In this document: piece after piece, positions 30,043 through 39,454 of the stretch
Numbering within the stretch: position 1 is the first letter of the stretch
Layout: each line of letters starts with the position of its first letter
Sequence record: DRR723986_1737
DNA: 60,076 nucleotides
Strand: one strand, 5' to 3'
Made by a program: the position numbers and the translations under genes
Notes under the pieces: model-generated
Database searches by the model: none
Told to the model about the DNA's origin: nothing
The model's input: only the letters and a program-made list of their open reading frames with translations

Positions 30043-32430
30043 CTACAGCTTCAGCATGAACTGTATTTCCCACAGGCGCTGGTCAATGGGGTTGCCGCTG
30101 CAGCGCACAATGAAGCTGGGTGTGCCGAACTCGCCGCTGCTGTTCGCGTCACAGCCGTAGGTGTTATACACCGTTTCATCCGTGGCATTGGTCATTGCGG
30201 CCAGTACCTTGTAGCGGCCATCGTTGCTGGTCCAGGAGGTCTGCAGGTCCAGTATCTGGTAGCTCTGCTCGCGGTCATGGTTGCCGAGGTCAAAGTAGCG
30301 TTCGTCCATGTGGGAATAGGAGCCGCCAAAAGTGAACTCACCGATCTGGGTGGGCCAGAAATAATGCAGTGACAGTGCCGCCTTGTGTTCCGGCGTCAGG
30401 GTGAGCTGGTTACCGTTGACGTTCTCCGGAATGATCCCGCCGTCACTGTTGCGCTCGCCGTAGGTGAAGTTCTCAAACAAGGCGTCCTCAGTGATTTCGC
30501 TGTGGTTGTAGGAATAGGTGAGAATCCCGCGGAACTGGTCGCTAATGAGCCAGGTGCCACTCAGCTCGACGCCGTACATCTCAGTGTCCAGGTTGACCAC
30601 TTCATCCAGCGCCAGACTGGCCGGCGGCGGGGTGCGGAAGCTGCGCAATTGCTGCATATCGTTGTAGTCACTATAAAACGCCACCAGCTCCGTTTGCAGC
30701 CGCCGGGCGAGCAGTTGTCCCTTCCATCCCAGCTCGTAACTGCTTACCTGCTCTTCATTGAAGGCGCCATCCGATTCCACACCGGCCGCGGCGCTGTAGT
30801 ACTGCTCCAGTGAGCCAAGACGGACGCCACCCATCTTGTAGCCGCTGGACACCGTCCCCCAGAACAGGTGATCGGTCTCCGGGCGCCAGGCCAGGCTGAG
30901 CTTGCCGCTCACATTGTTGAAGCTGTCCTGGTGGCGAGCGTCGAGCGTATCCACGTAGCGGGCCGAGTCACCCGCAAAGCTGCTCTGGCTGGCGTCAAAG
31001 GCAAAGGGGAAACCTTCACGTTGCAGGTCGTAATACTGCAGTTGGGTCTCGCCGCCGTCGTACTCGTCATCGGAGTAGCGGGCGCCGGCGGTCAGGGTCC
31101 AGGCGTCGCTGAGCGGGACTTCGACCTCGCCGTAAGCCGCCCAGGACGTGTTGTCCAGAACTCCGCGCTGGAAGTAGATGATGCCGAGAGGGTTTTCCCA
31201 CAGCTCGTCGAAAGTGGGCGAGATCACGGTCTGGAAGTTTGGCCAGTCCGGCGCATTGATCTTAAAAGGTTGTTCGTTCTGGTCCTCGAAGTAATAGAGC
31301 CCGGCGATAAAACTCCATGGCCGGTCCCAGCTCGAGGTGAGCTGCAGTTCGTGGGTTGTCTGGTCCTGGTACTGGCCGACATCCAGCAGCACACTGTAAC
31401 TGTTGCCGGTGCCATCGTAGTCGGTGCGCGAATCGAAGTCGTAGACCACCGATCCGTAGAGGTAGCTGAGTTCTGCGAAACCCGCGTCATACGCCAGGCG
31501 CAGGGCGATGTTCTCGCTGTTACTCAGCCGGGTCCGCCCTGGCGTATTGTTGGCGACCCGCCGCGGATCACCGATAGACGGATTTTCCACTCCGTCCTGA
31601 CACTCGAGAAACTGTGAGCTCATGCCGAGCCCGTTCCAGAAGTTGACGCAATCGTAGGGGTCTTCGCTGGGTGAGTTGCCGGCAATGTAGTTATAGCGAT
31701 AGGTGCTGTATTCAGCCCATAGTCGGAGTCGCTCGCCGATGTCCCACTCCAACTGGCCCTCGTAGTAGCTGCTGTCGGCGGTGCGCAAATCAGGCCCGGC
31801 CAGGTTTTTCTGCAGGCCGTCACGCTGGGTGTCGATCCCGTGCAGTTTAAACCGGAGCGAGTCGGTGATCGGGCCGCTGACGACCGCTGCAAACTGCTGG
31901 AGGTCGTAGTTGCCGAACTTGACCCGCAGATCCGCCTCGAACTCCGCGCTGGGTCTGCGGGAAATAATATTGACCGCGCCACCGGTTGTATTGCGCCCGT
32001 ACAGGGTCCCCTGGGGGCCGCGCAGGATTTCGGTGCGCTCAATGTTTATCGGCTGGGTACTCAGCGACGCCGCTTCGGCCTGGTAAATACCGTCGTTATA
32101 GATCGCGACCCCCGGACTGACGCCGAGGGCATTGGAGAACCTGCCAACGCCGCGGATGGACAGCCGGTTCGGGTTGGCCTGGTAACTCAGTGACGGCACC
32201 AGCTTTTCGTAGTTGAAGGGGCTGACCACATTCAGCTCCTCCATCAGGCCTGCCGACATGGCGGTCACCGCTATGGCCGTATCCTGCAGCGTGGTTTCCC
32301 GGCGACTCGCGGTGACGATGATTTCTTCCAGTGCCAGGCTGCTTTGCTGAGACCGGCCAGGCGCGGAATGGAAGACAAGCGGTGTTGAGAGGGCGAGGGT
32401 CAAGGCGAGGCAGGCTGGCGCTCTATTCAT
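30043..32430 (-). CDS. TonB-dependent receptor
   Basis: Signal peptide, LEEIIVTA TonB box, plug motif EILRGPQGTLYGRNTTGGA, beta-barrel body. Confidence 0.95.
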   Translation of the reverse strand: MNRAPACLALTLALSTPLVFHSAPGRSQQSSLALEEIIVTASRRETTLQDTAIAVTAMSAGLMEELNVVSPFNYEKLVPSLSYQANPNRLSIRGVGRFSNALGVSPGVAIYNDGIYQAEAASLSTQPINIERTEILRGPQGTLYGRNTTGGAVNIISRRPSAEFEADLRVKFGNYDLQQFAAVVSGPITDSLRFKLHGIDTQRDGLQKNLAGPDLRTADSSYYEGQLEWDIGERLRLWAEYSTYRYNYIAGNSPSEDPYDCVNFWNGLGMSSQFLECQDGVENPSIGDPRRVANNTPGRTRLSNSENIALRLAYDAGFAELSYLYGSVVYDFDSRTDYDGTGNSYSVLLDVGQYQDQTTHELQLTSSWDRPWSFIAGLYYFEDQNEQPFKINAPDWPNFQTVISPTFDELWENPLGIIYFQRGVLDNTSWAAYGEVEVPLSDAWTLTAGARYSDDEYDGGETQLQYYDLQREGFPFAFDASQSSFAGDSARYVDTLDARHQDSFNNVSGKLSLAWRPETDHLFWGTVSSGYKMGGVRLGSLEQYYSAAAGVESDGAFNEEQVSSYELGWKGQLLARRLQTELVAFYSDYNDMQQLRSFRTPPPASLALDEVVNLDTEMYGVELSGTWLISDQFRGILTYSYNHSEITEDALFENFTYGERNSDGGIIPENVNGNQLTLTPEHKAALSLHYFWPTQIGEFTFGGSYSHMDERYFDLGNHDREQSYQILDLQTSWTSNDGRYKVLAAMTNATDETVYNTYGCDANSSGEFGTPSFIVRCSGNPIDQRLWEIQFMLKL

Positions 32431-32525
32431 TGGATAACCTGTTATTTTTAATTATTCTGCGGTTGAAGTTACCGGATGATTCTCCTAGTCTCAAGTTCCC
32501 CCTTTGGTGACGGGAAAACGCCGAA

Positions 32526-34460
32526 TTGCAGGTTTTCTTTGGCTCGATCTATCGCAGTTTCCTGCCGCTCATTCTGCTGGTCGCGGCGGCTACCCCCGCG
32601 GCGGAGCCGGTATCCGGATGGCCGGCTTATGGTGCCACCCCGGGCGGCACCCATTTTTCTCCCGCCAGCCAGATAAACCCGGGGAATGTGAGCCAGCTCG
32701 AAGTGGCCTGGCAGCACCGCTCAGGGGATATCCGCGAGGCCGAGTTCTCCGAGCAACGAAAGTTTACCCAGAGTTCGCTGCAGGTCACTCCGATTCTTGT
32801 CGATGACCGCTTGTATTACTGTAGTCCCTTCAACCGGGTATTTTCCCTGGATGCGCGCACCGGGAAAGAGCTCTGGTCCTATGACCCGCAGGTGGACATG
32901 GATCTCGAGACCTGGCTGCCCAATTGTCGCGGAGTCAGTGCCTGGTCGTCCGGCGCCTCCGGTTTCTGTGAGCAGCGCATCCTGCTTGGTACCCTGGATG
33001 CGCGGCTCATCGCCCTGGATGCCGCGACCGGGAAACCGTGCCCGACCTTCGGTGACGGTGGTCAGGTGGATACTCGTGGTGACCTGACGGCACATCATCC
33101 GAGGGAACACGGTATTACCTCGCCGCCGGCAATTCTCGGTGACCGGGTGATTGTCGGCTCCATGGTGCTGGACAACCAGCGCACCGATTCCCCGGGCGGT
33201 GTGGTGCACGCCTACGATGTGCGCTCCGGCGAGTTGCTGTGGGCCTGGAATCCGGTGCCACCGGGCTCGCCGCAACGCGATGCCCGCGGCCAATGGGTTG
33301 TGGGGACTACCAATGTATGGTCGATCATCTCAGTTGATGCCGCACGTGACCTGGTCTTCCTGCCGACGGGCAATACCCAGCCTGACTATTACGGCGGGCA
33401 CCGCCAGGGACTGGATTATTACTCGAGCTCGGTCGTTGCCCTCCACGGGGCTACGGGGGAGGTGGCCTGGCACTTCCAGGCGGTGCATCACGATGTCTGG
33501 GATTACGACATGCCGGCCCAGCCCACCCTGGTTGACCTTGTGGTAGAGGACCAGACGGTACCCGCCGTTGTCCAGGTCACCAAAATGGGCATGACCTTCG
33601 CCCTGCACCGGGACACCGGGAAGCCGCTCTGGCCGGTAGAGGAGCGTCCGGTACCGCAGTCAGGAGCGGTTCCCGGTGAGAGTCTCTCGGCGACCCAGCC
33701 CTTTCCCAGCCACATTCCCTATACCATCGATGCGCCGCTATCGCCGGACGATGCCTGGGGTATGGTGCTGTGGGACAGATTGCGCTGTCGCGACAAGATT
33801 GCCGCCATGCGTAACGAGGGAATGTATACACCGCCCTCGCTCGAGGGCAGTGTCAACTACCCCAGTAATGGCGGCGGCAACAACTGGGGATCACCGGCAA
33901 TTCATCCCCGGACCGGTGTTATGGTGGTGTTCACTACCCGGGTGCCGGGTTCGACCCGCCTGATTCCGCGGGCGCAGTGCGAGGGCAATCTGCAGGCCCA
34001 GGAGGGCACGCCTTACTGCGTGGAAACCGGCTTCGTCTCATCTCCTCTGGGTGTGCCCTGCACACGCCCGCCCTGGGGCACCCTGGATGCCATCGACCTC
34101 AATGGCGGCAAGCTGCTGTGGAGTGTGCCGCTGGGCACCACTCGCGATATGGCGCCGTTTCCCTTCTGGTGGATCAAGGGCTTGCCGGGTATTGCAGCGC
34201 CCATGATGACCGCCTCCGGCCTGGTGTTTTCCGGGGTGAGCAACGAGCATAAGCTGCGGGCCTTTGACGTGCGCAACGGGGTCGAACTGTGGCAGGGTAA
34301 ATTGCCGACTGCGGGGAACGCACTTCCAATGACCTACCAGTTGGACGAGAATGGCAGGCAGTTTGTCGTCATTGCCGCTGGTGGGCACTGGAGTGGTGGC
34401 AGCCCGCCGGGGGATTACCTGGTCGCTTTTGCCTTACCGGAAAATAAGGATAAGAACTAA
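32526..34460 (+). CDS. PQQ-dependent dehydrogenase (glucose/quinate family, soluble periplasmic form)
   Basis: Signal peptide, QVTP, CRGVS, repeated Trp-docking motifs (ALDA.TG..LW), PTGN..PDYYG, HHDVWDYD. TTG start is uncertain. Confidence 0.9.
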   Translation: MQVFFGSIYRSFLPLILLVAAATPAAEPVSGWPAYGATPGGTHFSPASQINPGNVSQLEVAWQHRSGDIREAEFSEQRKFTQSSLQVTPILVDDRLYYCSPFNRVFSLDARTGKELWSYDPQVDMDLETWLPNCRGVSAWSSGASGFCEQRILLGTLDARLIALDAATGKPCPTFGDGGQVDTRGDLTAHHPREHGITSPPAILGDRVIVGSMVLDNQRTDSPGGVVHAYDVRSGELLWAWNPVPPGSPQRDARGQWVVGTTNVWSIISVDAARDLVFLPTGNTQPDYYGGHRQGLDYYSSSVVALHGATGEVAWHFQAVHHDVWDYDMPAQPTLVDLVVEDQTVPAVVQVTKMGMTFALHRDTGKPLWPVEERPVPQSGAVPGESLSATQPFPSHIPYTIDAPLSPDDAWGMVLWDRLRCRDKIAAMRNEGMYTPPSLEGSVNYPSNGGGNNWGSPAIHPRTGVMVVFTTRVPGSTRLIPRAQCEGNLQAQEGTPYCVETGFVSSPLGVPCTRPPWGTLDAIDLNGGKLLWSVPLGTTRDMAPFPFWWIKGLPGIAAPMMTASGLVFSGVSNEHKLRAFDVRNGVELWQGKLPTAGNALPMTYQLDENGRQFVVIAAGGHWSGGSPPGDYLVAFALPENKDKN

Positions 34461-35324
34461 ATGACAGCACGAGTTTTCTCCAGGGCACCGGCGACAGGCC
34501 GTCTGCTTGCCCTGCTCACCCTGGTCGCCGTTGCGATGGCATCGGTAGCGGAAGAGGGTTACCAGGCGCCAAGGCTGGCCAGCGGTAAGCCGGACTTCAC
34601 CGGAGTCTGGCAGGTTCTGAACACGGCGAATAATAATCTTGAGGCCCATGGCGGGCGCGCGGCCCAGGTGATGCGCGACGGCCCGGTGGTGCCGGTGCCA
34701 GCCAGGGAACTGGTCGCTCTGGGCGCTGTAGGCGCGGTACCGCCCAGTCTCGGCGTGGTGGAAGACGGTGAGATTCCCTACCAGCCCTGGGCACTGAAGA
34801 AGCGTGACGAGAACCGCCGCAACTGGCTGAGCGCCGATCCGGAAGTGCGCTGCTATCTGCCGGGAATCCCGCGCGCGACCTACATGCCGTTTCCGTTCCA
34901 GATTGTCCACAACGAGGGCGCGTTGTTCTTTTCCTATGAATACGCCGGTGCGGTGCGCAATGTGTATCTGGAAGACCCGGGTCCTGCGCCCATTGATAGC
35001 TGGATGGGGCAGTCATGGGCGCGCTGGGAGGGAGATACGCTGGTTATCGAAACCACCGGCCAGCATGACCAGAGTTGGCTCGATCGGTCGGGCAACCATC
35101 ACAGCGACGTCCTGCGCGTAACCGAGCGCTTCACCCGCACCAGTGACCACACGATTGACTACAGCGCGACCCTGGAAGATGACAAGGTGTTCACCCGGCC
35201 CTGGACAATCACCATGCCGCTGTACCGTCGGGTGGGCAGGGACGACCGTCTCCTCCAGTTCAACTGCGTGGAGTACGTTGAGGAAATGATGTACGGCCAC
35301 TTGCGCAAGGAGCCGCTGGATTGA
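34461..35324 (+). CDS. Secreted hypothetical protein, paralogue of 35324-36301
   Basis: Signal peptide; GKPDFTGVW, RCYLPG, WMGQS.ARWEGDTLV, ERFTR, FNCVE. Starts directly after the upstream TAA. Confidence 0.85.
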   Translation: MTARVFSRAPATGRLLALLTLVAVAMASVAEEGYQAPRLASGKPDFTGVWQVLNTANNNLEAHGGRAAQVMRDGPVVPVPARELVALGAVGAVPPSLGVVEDGEIPYQPWALKKRDENRRNWLSADPEVRCYLPGIPRATYMPFPFQIVHNEGALFFSYEYAGAVRNVYLEDPGPAPIDSWMGQSWARWEGDTLVIETTGQHDQSWLDRSGNHHSDVLRVTERFTRTSDHTIDYSATLEDDKVFTRPWTITMPLYRRVGRDDRLLQFNCVEYVEEMMYGHLRKEPLD

Positions 35325-36301
35325 TGTCTGCTTCGCTGCGGGTACTGCTGTCGTCCCTGGCCCTGGCCGGGGGCATGCACTGCGCCGCGTTTGCCGACGA
35401 GCTGCCGCGCATGCCCTGGGGCGAACCCGACCTGCAGGGCATTTGGACCAGCGCCACCCTGACGACCCTGCAACGGCCCGAAGAGCTCGAGACCCTGGCG
35501 ATCACCGAGGCACAGGCGGCGGCGCTGGAGCGCAGCGGTGAAGAGCGGCTGGCCAGTATCGATGATGTCGGTGAGGGTGACCTGAAGGCGGGCGAGAACG
35601 TCGGTGGTTACAACAGTTTCTGGGTTGATCCGGGCACCCGGGTGCTGCGGGTTCGCGGCGAGCCGCGTAGTTCCATCATCACCCACCCGGAAGACGGGCA
35701 GGTACCCTATAGCCTGTGGGGCAGGGCGCGTTTTTACTGGCACGGTTACAAGTGGATGAACTGGCATGACAACCCGGAAGAGCGGCCGCTGGGAGAGCGC
35801 TGTACGGTCGGCTTCGGATCCACCGGTGGGCCGCCCATGCTGCCTGTGCTGTATAACAACAACTACCAGATTGTGCAGTCGCCCGGCCAGGTGCTTATCC
35901 TGGTGGAGATGAACCACAATGTGCGAACGGTCCGCATAGACGCCGACCCCTTGCCCGCGGCGATCCGGCCCTGGCTCGGCGATTCCGTCGGTCGCTGGGA
36001 AGGCGATACGCTGGTAGTGCGAACCACGCAGTTCCATCCGCAACAAAATCTGCGGGCAGCGATCAAACACCAGCTGTACATGACTCAGGATAGCGTGGTG
36101 GAGGAGCGTTTTACCCGGCTCAGCGATTCCGAGTTGCTCTACCAGTTCACCGTCACCGACGACAGTATCTACCGCGAGCCCTGGGGTGGTGAATTGACCC
36201 TGCGCGCCTCAGAAGGGCCGATCTACGAATATGCGTGTCACGAGGGCAACTACGCGCTGCCCAATATCCTGTCCGGCGCGCGTCAGGAAGAACAGGAGTA
36301 A
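35324..36301 (+). CDS. Secreted hypothetical protein, paralogue of 34461-35324
   Basis: TGATG overlap and AAGGAG RBS; GEPDLQGIW, RCTVG, WLGDS.GRWEGDTLV, ERFTR, YACHE. Confidence 0.85.
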   Translation: MSASLRVLLSSLALAGGMHCAAFADELPRMPWGEPDLQGIWTSATLTTLQRPEELETLAITEAQAAALERSGEERLASIDDVGEGDLKAGENVGGYNSFWVDPGTRVLRVRGEPRSSIITHPEDGQVPYSLWGRARFYWHGYKWMNWHDNPEERPLGERCTVGFGSTGGPPMLPVLYNNNYQIVQSPGQVLILVEMNHNVRTVRIDADPLPAAIRPWLGDSVGRWEGDTLVVRTTQFHPQQNLRAAIKHQLYMTQDSVVEERFTRLSDSELLYQFTVTDDSIYREPWGGELTLRASEGPIYEYACHEGNYALPNILSGARQEEQE

Positions 36302-36305
36302 AACG

Positions 36306-36746
36306 ATGCGAGTGTTCAAGCCCCTGCTGTTGATTGCGATTCCCCTGCTGTGCCTGCTGTCCTGGCGCAGTGTCGCGCACCACGCCTTTTCCGCAGAGTT
36401 CGACCGGGACGCGCCGGTGACCCTCGAGGGAAAGGTCACCCGGATCGAATGGATCAATCCACACGCCTGGATTCACCTGGAGGTGATCGATGACAGTGGC
36501 AAAGCCCAGGCGTGGATGGTGGAGGGTGGCACGCCCAATACACTGCTGCGGGCCGGTATCCATAAGAATTCGGTGCCTATCGGCAGTGATATCAAGGTGC
36601 GCGGCTACCAGGCCAAGGACAAGTCCTGCCAGCCTGCCTGCAAGGCGAATGGCCGTGACCTGACCTTTGCCGATGGGCGCAATGCGTTTATGGGCTCCTC
36701 GGGGACCGGAGCGCCCAGCGACGGGTTTGACCCACGCGGCAACTGA
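36306..36746 (+). CDS. DUF6152-like secreted protein
   Basis: AGGAG RBS; signal peptide ending SVA then HHAFSAEFD; WINPHAWI; CQPAC. Confidence 0.8.
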   Translation: MRVFKPLLLIAIPLLCLLSWRSVAHHAFSAEFDRDAPVTLEGKVTRIEWINPHAWIHLEVIDDSGKAQAWMVEGGTPNTLLRAGIHKNSVPIGSDIKVRGYQAKDKSCQPACKANGRDLTFADGRNAFMGSSGTGAPSDGFDPRGN

Positions 36747-36751
36747 CTGCC

Positions 36752-37321
36752 GTGAACCAGCAAATCCATGCGCTGGCGCTGTGGCTTGACCGGCAACCCT
36801 GGAGCACCGCGCTGCACGAGTCTTACTACCTGTATAACTGGGTCGAGACGACTCACGTACTCACCTTGATGGCCAGCCTCGGCATGCTGTTCCTCATTGA
36901 TCTCAGGATGCTCGGCCTGGCCTTGCCCGGCATACCCGCGACCCGGGTGGCCAGCGGCATCGCCTGGCCAATGGCGATCGGTTTCGCGGTCATGTTCATC
37001 ACCGGTCTACTGTTGTTCTACGCGATTCCGGTGCGGACCTCCCAGAGCCTGTGGTTCCGGATCAAGTTGGTGCTGCTACTGGCGGCTGCCGTCAACGCCT
37101 GGCTGTTCCACCGGCGACTGCGTGCCGCCGGGTCGGACTGGGACCGTGAGCGGCGCGCGCCGCTTGCCCTGCAGTGGGGCGCTGCGCTGTCGCTGCTGAT
37201 CTGGGGCCTGGTGGTGATCTGCGGTCGACTCATCGCCTACGACTGGTTCGACTGTATCGGCAATCCGCCGCCTTTCATCGCCACCGTTGCCGGCTGCGTT
37301 GCCGACCAGGCGCAGTTCTGA
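36752..37321 (+). CDS. DUF6644-like integral membrane protein
   Basis: Four TM helices; ETTHVL, DLRMLG, TGLLLF, FRIKL, GRLIAY; C-terminal Cys pair. Confidence 0.78.
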   Translation: MNQQIHALALWLDRQPWSTALHESYYLYNWVETTHVLTLMASLGMLFLIDLRMLGLALPGIPATRVASGIAWPMAIGFAVMFITGLLLFYAIPVRTSQSLWFRIKLVLLLAAAVNAWLFHRRLRAAGSDWDRERRAPLALQWGAALSLLIWGLVVICGRLIAYDWFDCIGNPPPFIATVAGCVADQAQF

Positions 37322-37331
37322 GGTGCCGCGC

Positions 37332-37904
37332 ATGACCCTGGCTTACTGGCGTTCTCCCCTGGTGTTGGCGGTCATGGCGTGCGGCCTCGGCTTTGCCCTG
37401 TCCGACTGGCGTGCGGCCAGCTGGCAGGGGCTTCTGCCGCTGTTCCAGTGGATGGAAACGACGACCTTCGGCTATATCGGCCAGACCTGGGGCGCCGCAT
37501 TTGCAGTTGTCGAGGCCTTTCACCTGCTGGGAATGGCTGCCCTTGGCGGCGCCGTGATTCTTTGTGACGCACGTCTGCTTGGACTCGCGTTCAACGACGT
37601 ACCGGTCGCCCAGGTCTGGCGCCAGACCCAGCGCCTGTTCATTCCCGCCTTGCTGCTGGTGCTGGCTACCGGTGTCTTCATGGCCTGCAGCGTCGCACTG
37701 AAGATCTATTACCTTGAGGTCTTCTGGTACAAGATGCTGGCGCTGGCGGTGGGCGTGCTGTTTACGTTTTTTCTGAAGGGTCCGGTGGTTCGTTTGGAAC
37801 AGGCACCGCCGGGACCCATGTTGTCCCGCCTGCTGGCGCTGGCCTCCCTGATGGTCTGGTTTTCGGTGGCTGCCACCGGGCGCTGGATCGGGTTCTCAGG
37901 TTAG
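37332..37904 (+). CDS. DUF6644-like integral membrane protein (second paralogue)
   Basis: EAFHLL, DARLLG, TGVFM, FWYKM, GRWIGF align with the preceding gene. Confidence 0.78.
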   Translation: MTLAYWRSPLVLAVMACGLGFALSDWRAASWQGLLPLFQWMETTTFGYIGQTWGAAFAVVEAFHLLGMAALGGAVILCDARLLGLAFNDVPVAQVWRQTQRLFIPALLLVLATGVFMACSVALKIYYLEVFWYKMLALAVGVLFTFFLKGPVVRLEQAPPGPMLSRLLALASLMVWFSVAATGRWIGFSG

Positions 37905-37906
37905 CC

Positions 37907-38050
37907 ATGGACAAGCCGTCCGCTACCGACAAGCGCGATCGCCTGCTGGCGGCAGCTATCGCCGCATCGGGAATCGTGGTCGGCTTTCTTGTTTACTGGA
38001 CTATCCAGGTCCAGGCCGTGCGCGAATTACTGGCCATGGCTTACGGCTGA
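37907..38050 (+). CDS. 47-aa single-TM small protein (absent from the ORF track)
   Basis: ATG 2 nt after the upstream stop; MDKPSATDKRDRLLAAAIAASGIVVGFLVYWTIQVQAVRELLAMAYG; fills the gap to the convergent gene. Confidence 0.65.
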   Translation: MDKPSATDKRDRLLAAAIAASGIVVGFLVYWTIQVQAVRELLAMAYG

Positions 38051-38062
38051 GGCCGGACGAAC

Positions 38063-38527
38063 TCAGGGTAGGTAGGGCGTCGGGCGCCAGTATTGCTCGT
38101 GGCAGCCGCGGCACACGAGGTAGACCTCACCGCCGGCGTCAAACAGGGCATCGGGGTCACGTGCCGTGGCGGCGTCCAGGGCCTGCTGACTGGTCCTGAT
38201 CAACTCCCGGGAGAAGGCATCCCAGTCTGCTCCTTGTGAGCGCCCGGGGAGCATCAGCAGGTTGCCGCTTTCGCTGAGCGTTGCCGCGCCATGGACCACG
38301 GCTTCCCAGGCTGCCGCGGTGGTGGGTGCCAGGTCGGTCTCACCCGAGGCGTCAATGACGAAGCCGGCAGAATCCCAGATCCGCTCAGCGGCGGGGTTGA
38401 GAATCCACAGCATGGTCTGGCGTATGTCGGTGGTCAGCTGGTAGTCCGCTGCCGGCGCGTCCGCGCGAGCCAGCTGGGCCAGCAGGATGATCAGCACCGC
38501 CGTAGCGGCAGGTAGTTTACGTGTCAT
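38063..38527 (-). CDS. Periplasmic c-type cytochrome, cytochrome c'-like
   Basis: GAGGAGG RBS, signal peptide, helical body, C-terminal CRGCH heme motif. Confidence 0.78.
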   Translation of the reverse strand: MTRKLPAATAVLIILLAQLARADAPAADYQLTTDIRQTMLWILNPAAERIWDSAGFVIDASGETDLAPTTAAAWEAVVHGAATLSESGNLLMLPGRSQGADWDAFSRELIRTSQQALDAATARDPDALFDAGGEVYLVCRGCHEQYWRPTPYLP

Positions 38528-38635
38528 GGCGCCTCCTCGGTTCGAGTATAGCACCGGGCTCCCGTGCAGTTTGTGGCATCCGCAACCGCTGTGCTGACGT
38601 AAGCTGTGACATACCCTCGACAGTTCAGGTCAGCC

Positions 38636-39364
38636 ATGTCCACCATCACCCGCTATGAGCGTGCCCCCGACGCGCCACTTCCAACCCGGCCGCGGGCGAT
38701 GGAACTGGTCCGCGAGCTGCGCGGATCCCGCGATGTCCTGCGCCTCGCCCTGGCATCACGAACACTGAGGCAGCTGCCGCGACTGGACGGGGTGACAGCG
38801 ATCCTGATTCCCGGCTGGAAGGCCCCGGAAGCGAGCATGGCGCCGCTCAGGCTGTTCCTGCGCAGCCGCGGCTGTGATGCGCGGCACTGGGGCCTGGGCA
38901 GCAATCAGGGTGACCCGGAGCGCGACAGTGCGGTGCTGGCCGATCGGGTACGACGACTCGTCCGCCGCCGCGGAGCGCCGCTTACCCTGATCGGCTGGAG
39001 TCTCGGCGGGGTGATCGCCCGGGAAGTTGCCCGGGAACTGCCCGATGCTGTAGCCAGGGTAGTGACCTACGGCTCGCCGGTTATCGGAGGCCCCACCTTT
39101 ACCCCGGCGGCGGATGCCTACGGTCCCGAAGAGTGCGCCCGGATCAGCGAGCGTATTGATGAACTCAATCGCACCCGGCCGATCCGGGTGCCAATTACCG
39201 CGATCTTCAGTCGCCGCGATTCGATTGTCTCCTGGCCGGCCTGTATCGACCGCCATAACGAACAGGTCGTGCATTACGAGGTGGACTCCACCCATCTGTC
39301 CATGGGATTTGATCCCGATGTGTGGCGATTAGTGGTCGAGCAGCTGGCGGCAACACGGTGCTGA
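38636..39364 (+). CDS. Alpha/beta hydrolase (lipase/esterase-like)
   Basis: GWSLGG nucleophile elbow, SRRDSIV, C-terminal His (STHLSMG). Confidence 0.85.
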   Translation: MSTITRYERAPDAPLPTRPRAMELVRELRGSRDVLRLALASRTLRQLPRLDGVTAILIPGWKAPEASMAPLRLFLRSRGCDARHWGLGSNQGDPERDSAVLADRVRRLVRRRGAPLTLIGWSLGGVIAREVARELPDAVARVVTYGSPVIGGPTFTPAADAYGPEECARISERIDELNRTRPIRVPITAIFSRRDSIVSWPACIDRHNEQVVHYEVDSTHLSMGFDPDVWRLVVEQLAATRC

Positions 39365-39454
39365 AGCTGACGGAATCAGGAACCCGGAAAAACCGCAATA
39401 TTTTAGCGACAAGCTGCACATCATTTGCCTAGACTGTTGTGAAAGAAGGGGAGG

